A stretch of DNA of 64,000 nucleotides, taken from Eledone cirrhosa. Its lineage: Eukaryota. Below the pieces are notes generated by a model. It was given only the letters and a program-made list of their open reading frames with translations, was not told the origin of the DNA and searched no databases. The stretch spans positions 118,668,001-118,732,000 of the forward strand of contig OZ024745.1 in NCBI GenBank assembly GCA_964016885.1, written 5' to 3'. Below, in pieces: positions 57,186 to 64,000 of the stretch (the first letter of the stretch is position 1; each line of letters opens with the position of its first letter). The translations under genes and the position numbers were made by a program.

Positions 57186-60100
57186 GACGGGGTCTGCTCG
57201 ATCAAGGTTGACTTAGAGCTAAACGACAACAGAGGTTGGATTATACTATCGATACGTCTGACCTTCTCCTCCCACCATAATCAATACATAATTAATCAAA
57301 ACGCTAACGAACGAAGACAGAAATTTTCTCTATATCCAGTATTAGTTTTCGTTATTTTTTATAGCCCCCACATATCAAAGAAAATATATTGCCATGAGTC
57401 AATGTGCGTGACGTATATATGTTTTTTTGTTAGGTGTTTGTGTGAGTTGGATTTTCGTACAACCCGTAATTTATCTAGTATATGGTGTGTTGAACAGAGC
57501 GGAGGCAGGGATTTAATATGCAAATTACTTAGTTAAAAGTAAATTTAACAAAAAAAAAAAAAAAAAGATATATATTTTGCTCAGTATTATTTTTAGATAT
57601 CTGGGCAGACATTCGATCAAACAAGCGAAACAAAAACAGTACCACTTGCATTTTTTCTGCTTAGATAACTTGAATGATGCGAAACTGGTATGCCAATGAT
57701 CCACATTTACAAAGAAAGCAGGGAATGGTGTTTGAAGCCAAAACATTTGGTTCTAAAAAAAAAATGGCCGAATCGGTTATTCACCCGGTACAAATGAGTA
57801 ATAACAACACTCACATTAAGTTGATAGTAATTTCTATACACCATATCTCAACTGTTTTCAGCACTGTAAAACTGACGAATGCTTCCTTAGTTGGCAATAT
57901 CAAGTGAAATTTCATTAATGCATATGTATAAAAGTCATGAAAGGCGACGAATTGGCAGTCTCTAGAACGTCGGGTAGAATATTTTGCGGTATTCGTTTCG
58001 GCTCTCCGAGTTCAAATCCCGCCATGGTCAACTTTGCTTTTCATCTTTTCTATGTCGACAAAAAAAAGTACCAGTTTAGTACTGGAGTCGATTCTTCCTC
58101 TTATATATCTCTTTCTCACTTCCTCTCTCTCTCATTTTCTACCCTTCTCTTGAAAAAATCTGCTGTATTCAGACCTGGAGAGGGATGGGCTCAGCTTGGT
58201 TTTAAAATGCCCTAGAAACACTGTATCTCAATATGGCGCCCCTACGACTCTCAGTAGTTATAGGATCATGCATGCACACATACGTATAAATATCATGAAT
58301 ATTTTCTTTTACAGAATTCAGTTTGAGTCAATGTCTAACTACGAAATTGAAATTCCAAGAAAATCAATTCTGTCTTATTAGATAGGTGGAGGAAAATTGT
58401 TTTAAAACAATCATCAACCAATCATGTAGTGAGAACAGTTCAATCGACTATTCCTTTTCTTTCACAAATCTGTAGCATTTGTAGCAGTCATTAATTAATT
58501 AATATGCAAAACCAAAGGTATATTGCATATAACCTGCCTTAAGCTATTCTATCCAAGAGAAATGGATAACTCTCTTTGAATGAGAGATTAGGGAGGTTGA
58601 CAATCAGTTTGAAAACTTCTCACAGCTTAGCAGAGTTTAGTGATTGAATAATAAATAGGATGGAGAGATGGACATAGTTTTGGGAATAAATAAATTTACA
58701 AGCTGTTAAGCACCAGGACTTTAATAGTGACACTCAAGGGATTTTGGGTAGGTTACAAGAGAAAGGAGAAACAGGTGCTGCATTAAATAGATTTCAGAAA
58801 TAAAATATATCTGCAAGTTTAGAGAAGGTCACAACAGCACTATAAGAAAAGTTTAAATTATAACAAATTGAATAACAGTGAAAAACAAACATTATTATAT
58901 ATGAATATATAATAAATATATTACTATAAAATAAGAAGTAGTGAAAAAACTAAAAAACTTGGGCCAATGATCCAGTTAACATCCATTTTTCCATACTGGC
59001 ATGGGTTAGACGAGTTGTCCTGTTTTGGGCAATGCCAGGTCAGGTGACAATATCTTGCTTGTAAGTCCTTTCCAACTAGCTCACCTGCTTCCCCACCTCT
59101 CTTCTAGTCAAGTTAGGACCCATAAAAACCTTAAAAATTAAAATTAAAATGCTAATGAGGTATATAATTGAAGACAGCCTGTTTAGTTCAAACAAGACCT
59201 TTGAAGACCAAAGTGGAGGAGGAGTTTGTGTCAACGGTAGTCGAGCATGGGACAGTCGATCCTAAAAAGTGGGTGAAAGCTTGCATGAAAGACATCGAAT
59301 CCATCGTCAATCTCACATTTTACTTCTGATTAGTTTAGTAGTCAACAAGAATTTGGCAGATCAGGTCACAGAACTCATTTTTATTTTTTTATGTAAGCAT
59401 GGAAAAGTGGACATAAAACCTTTTCCCCAGTTTACCTGTACTATCTGTTACACCCTGGTATCTCCCATCCACCTTTATGCTGCAAACATGTAGTGGGCTG
59501 TGACATTTGGCCCATTCATACTCTACTTCTCCATCATCTCTATTACTATTCTCATCATCACCGTAACTCCCTCCACTCTATACTACCATATTCTACTAAT
59601 CACCCTGCTTCACCCCACCACACTTGTCATTCACCTCTATTCCAGCTTAAATCCCTTCTCCTATTCTCACTCTCAGAAGAAGAAAAACTGTTGCCCTGGA
59701 ACAGAACAACCTCCCTAGTGTTAGTGTCACTATAAAATACACTCAATACCCTCTGGCACATTCTACTTGTAACAACAGTCACGTTGACAACCTGACAACC
59801 TCTCTAGTGCTGGTGTCACAATAAAATGTACCCAGTACATTCTATAAAGTGACACGCATTGGGAAAAACATCCAGTTGTAAAACCCATGCTAAACCTAGA
59901 ATGTGTGTAAGAGAGATGTAGTCCACAGTTCGCCTAAGACAGTAGCTCTAATTAAGTATTTCCTTAGACAACCTCTGCAACTCATATCAGCAAGGAAAAG
60001 TGGACATTAACCCTTTAACATTTACATTATATATGCTATTATATTTTCTTGGTAAAGGCTTTATCTCACATAATATCGAATCTATGAGATTTTGATATTA

Positions 60101-60189
60101 TTTATTTTGAGAACAATACCTTAACACCAATATGAGCGGCCAGTTACAGCCAATTTGAACAGAAAGGGGCGAGAGAATTCTGGCCGGAT

Positions 60190-60338
60190 ATCATGTGCGG
60201 AGGTGGTGAGAGCTAACCTCAGATGATTGAAGCTCATAGAGGAGATGACGAAGGACTGTGACGAATGAAGAGATGCTGTGCTGAATAAGACCCATCTCAC
60301 CCTCGTAAGCAGGGAAAAGCGGACGTAAAATGATGATG
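60190..60338 (+). mobile_element. RTE LINE extreme 3' end
   Basis: AEVVRANLR*LKLIEEMTKDCDE*RDAVL remnant, followed by a gcagggaaaagcggacgtaaaatgatgatg tail. Confidence 0.7.
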
Positions 60339-61511
60339 CGGATGGGTACCAAATACTCTTTGTATAAGCCCTAATAATGTATTAAAACTGTGTTGACCAT
60401 TCAATTCTAGGCCCACTAAACAATAAATCTAATATTGTCTCCTAATTATTGTTCATTTTTTAATATATTTTTTCATCTATTTTCTTTGTTTCCTTTTTAA
60501 TAGTTTCCATCTTTATTGAATAAGATATGTCATTCTCCCAGATAAGGAGAGCAAGCAGGAATTTGTAAAACTACCAAAGAGAAAACCAGAAAAATAGAAT
60601 TTCTCAGTATGTCTGTATGTGTGTTTGTCCTACCTGGTTGGGTTTTAGCTGTGAATGAGTTAGTAGGAAGAAAATTTAGGTCATACATAGACCACAACAC
60701 TTATAACTTCATCTGTCTGTAATAGCCTATTAGAGAATTTCTTGGTATCTATAACACTATTGGAAAAAATATAAATATAAATAAGTCTTTCATTCTATTT
60801 AAGCAATATATAAGTGTGTTAGTACAACCATAAGTAGTAGTAGTAGTAAGAGACATGGTATAGTTTATTAACATGACATGTATAGGAGTGGTGTGCAAAT
60901 GAGTGGTATGTGAATGTTGTGTGTGTATGTGTACGAGTTTGGGAGATTATATGTGTGTGTGTGGGGGGGGGGGTGCTTGTATTAACAGACCAAACAAACA
61001 AAAATGTGTGTTTGTGGGTGTTTCTATTCTATATATGTGTATATATGTCAACGAAACTAAGTAGCATATAGTTTTTTTTTTAATAGTTATTGGTGTTGCT
61101 GTAAATAGCTTTTTTCCCCAACTATTTTGAAGTTAGGCAACCATGAAGTTGATAGCAAAAATATGAGATATCTTGAGGGATCAGTCCACTAATGAGCTGG
61201 AGATGTCCTATAGGTCCTCGGCCTAATAGCAAATATACAGTGGACACCACTTAATGTGTGATTGTGATGAAACCTTTCCATAACACAAACTAGCTTTGAT
61301 CTCCATAACTGGTTGATAATAATCAGCAACTTCCACTGAGTGTATGGTCCCCGTACCCCTGAAGGAGTTGTAGGGGTGCCATATTGACATCAGCATTTTT
61401 AGGACATTTTCAAAGCTAGTGGAGCCCATCCCTCTCCAGGTTTGGATACAGCAGATTGCTTCCAAAGAAGGATAGAGAGAAGAAGTGAGAGGAAGAGATT
61501 CAGAGGAAGAA

Positions 61512-61662
61512 TCGGCCCCAGTATTTGACTAGTACTTTTTTTTATTGACTTCAAAAAGATGAAAGGCAAAGCTGACCTCTGGAGGAATTTGAACTCAGAG
61601 AGGTGAAACGAAATACCGCAAAACATCCTATCTGACATTCTGATGAATCGGCCAATTCACCA

Positions 61663-61664
<2 letters not shown>
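61512..61664 (-). mobile_element. Older Meta-like SINE
   Basis: gatgaaaggcaaagctgacc...gaatttgaactcag; similar old copies at 52968-53122 and 57944-58093 (+). Confidence 0.7.
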
Positions 61665-61707
<43 letters not shown>

Positions 61708-61954
61708 AGAGTATTGAAGTTTGCTTGAAGCATTGTGGAACAATAAGTAAATATCTATAAGTCGTTTGGAAGCCTCGACAATGCAAATGGGTAAATCTCC
61801 GGGTAACAAGGTCCGGTGGTGGAGAGAGAGATGTAAGTGGGTGTACGTTGAGATGCGTGGTGTGTATAAGATGTGTGAGATGTGTAGAATGGAGGAAAGA
61901 GTAAAAGGATAAAAATAAAAATAACAACACAAGAGAGAGTTACCTTGGGAGAGA

Positions 61955-61984
<30 letters not shown>

Positions 61985-61985
<1 letters not shown>

Positions 61986-62361
61986 GCTTAGTGGTTAGAG
62001 CATTGGCCTTGCAATCGAAAGGTTGTGAGTTCAATTCTCAGACCGGGTGATGTGTTGTTTCCTTGAGCAAGACACTTTATTTCACATTACTCCAGTTTAC
62101 TCAGCTGTAAAAATGAGATGATAAGACTGAGGTCCCTATCATTCCACTGCAAAGTGGTCGTGGAGGTGCCACGGCAAAAAAAAGCACCCAGCCCACACTG
62201 TAATGTGGACGTGTAGGCGCCACGGAAAAAAAGCACCTAGCACTCACTGTAAATGAGGTTGGTGTTAGGAAGGGCATCCAGCTGTAGAAATCAAGCCAGA
62301 ATCAGTTCCCGTCCCACCCTTGCAAGCAGAGAAAAGCGGACGTAAAATGAAATGATGATGA
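61985..62361 (+). mobile_element. CORE-like tRNA SINE with RTE-type tail
   Basis: Same family as 17650 and 43457, with one extra internal ~47-bp subrepeat. Confidence 0.87.
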
Positions 62362-63110
62362 ATGATGATATATATATATATAGAGAGAGAGATAGATACA
62401 CACATACATACATATATAATCTTTAATGATCTAAACTTAAAATACTTCTTGAAATATCTATTTACAGCAATACTATAAAGCAACACCAATAACCATAAAA
62501 AACTATACTCCACTTAGACAGCAATAATATCCTTTCACCTCCTATGGGAGCCAATAACAGAACTGTATATGATCACAGAATTGGCTAAACACAGCAGTTA
62601 GATTGCACCTATATCATACTCTACTGCCTTAAAAATAGGAAGGACATATTGGACAATGCATTCCTAAATGTAGTACTCATTGCCCTGCAATTACTAGGTT
62701 TCACCTTTTCATTGTGGTGCATTGCTGGGTATTACTAGAAATGCCAAGAAAAGCACTAACAAAGGTTAACAATAACATCAACAATCCCCTTAAGGCTAAG
62801 TAAAACTATGTCAGAGAGGACACAAGTGGAAAAGCGAGGGTGCAAGGTGCAAATTCAATGCTGCAGGTGGCAGAGAACAGTGTCTGATAACTAAGATATG
62901 TTTTTGTTTGTTTGCTCTTAAATCCTCCATGCAATGAAGGTTGACATATTGCAGCAACAACAACAAAGCCAATTGAAACAGTAATAATAAAAAAAAAATT
63001 TGTAACAATACAATTTTTCAAAGAGGATTAAAGTTTTAGGAATACCATATCTTCTTTCATGTTAAATATGTATATATATTGGATGTTCATCAGGTTCAAG
63101 GATGAGTACC

Positions 63111-63382
63111 AGAGTTGTTTGAGCAATGGAACAGCCTGCTCATGGAATTAATATATAAATGGCTGAGCATTCCACAAATATGTGTACCCATAGCAGAATT
63201 CTCAGGGAAATTCAGTATGCCACATTGTGTGACAAAGCTAAACACTTCTATTACAGGTACAACTCATTTGTACAATGGAAAATAAAATATTTTATTCAGG
63301 AAACACAACACGCTACTAGGAATCGAACTCATGATGTTATAATCATAAACAAAATTCCTTAGCCACAAAGCCACATGCCTTC
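63111..63382 (-). mobile_element. Decayed tRNA-derived SINE
   Basis: Minus-strand head gaaggcatgtggctttgtggctaagg...gagttcgattcc. Confidence 0.55.
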
Positions 63383-64000
63383 GCACTATTAAAATATATA
63401 TAAACCTGCCAGAGACACTTCCGTACGAGCGAGACACGGTCTCTCAACAATTCCGGCATCAGATGAAACAAAACCATCTAACCCATGCTAGCGTGGAAGA
63501 TGGACGTTAAACGATGATGATGATGTACTATGAAAAGAGCAATGGTGTAATTATTTCAATTGTGAGGTCGTGAGTTTGATTTGCAGACCAAGCAATGTGT
63601 TATGTCCTTGAGCAAGACATTTTATTTCACATTGCTCTTTCTGCCAGGAGTTGCAACCAGTAGATAATATCAGCAATGGAAAGACCAATGGAAACATTGT
63701 TTCCTTGGTTCAATCTGACTAGTTCCATTCCACCTGGTAAACCAATGAGGTCTGAGATCTTGTCAATCAATTTTAAAAAATGTTGTTAATGATTTTGACT
63801 ATTGCAGCTGTCTGTAAGAGTTAGATAAGTACCAAATTTCAGGAATATCTAAACTCCTCAGATGTGTACTGTCTCAGTTAAATTCTTTTAGCTCCTTATA
63901 GTTTAAAATATAATTTCTATTTCTGCTTTACATTCTAAATGCTACTAAAAATATATTGCGCATCTGATATAAAAAGGGGTCTTAAATTGCATACCCTAGT

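Noticed and set aside
57865-57925. ctgacga...gaaa as a hammerhead
   Set aside because: Stems I and II do not pair convincingly next to the core.
61985-62045. tRNA gene (box A and box B present; also at 17930-17988, 43730-43791, 44780-44876)
   Set aside because: These are SINE heads continuing into CORE- or Meta-like domains, with no complete cloverleaf or acceptor stem.
63035-63098. Minus-strand ctgatga...gaaa as a hammerhead
   Set aside because: Stems II and III cannot form.

Overview
This is AT-rich, repeat-dominated eukaryotic DNA. The tRNA-derived SINEs with Meta-like and CORE-like domains, RTE LINE debris and dense microsatellites fit a coleoid cephalopod (Octopus-like) intron or intergenic region; that assignment is an inference. 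I cannot support any intact host protein-coding gene. All long ORFs in the track are tandem-repeat artefacts, and the only recognisable peptides are decayed RTE and CR1 LINE fragments. The main signal is RNA-structural. About a dozen short elements, mostly bordered by (TA)n tracts, carry minimal type I hammerhead ribozyme (HHR) motifs: stem I - CUGANGA - stem II - GAAA - very short, usually palindromic stem III - NUH - stem I'. Five have an intact core (2020-2084 -, 2221-2285 +, 7612-7704 +, 9219-9300 +, 50281-50370 +); the rest are decayed or truncated. They occur as a 543-nt tandem unit, as inverted foldbacks, and next to rod-like hairpins. This is the architecture of Penelope-like element pseudo-LTRs and non-LTR retrozymes. 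Also present: a nested RTE/minisatellite/piggyBac/hAT stack at 10.2-13.1 kb, a ~6.1 kb (TA)n/TCCA megasatellite, and a near-perfect 210-bp SINE foldback. All pairings were read by eye; no folding or search tool was run.
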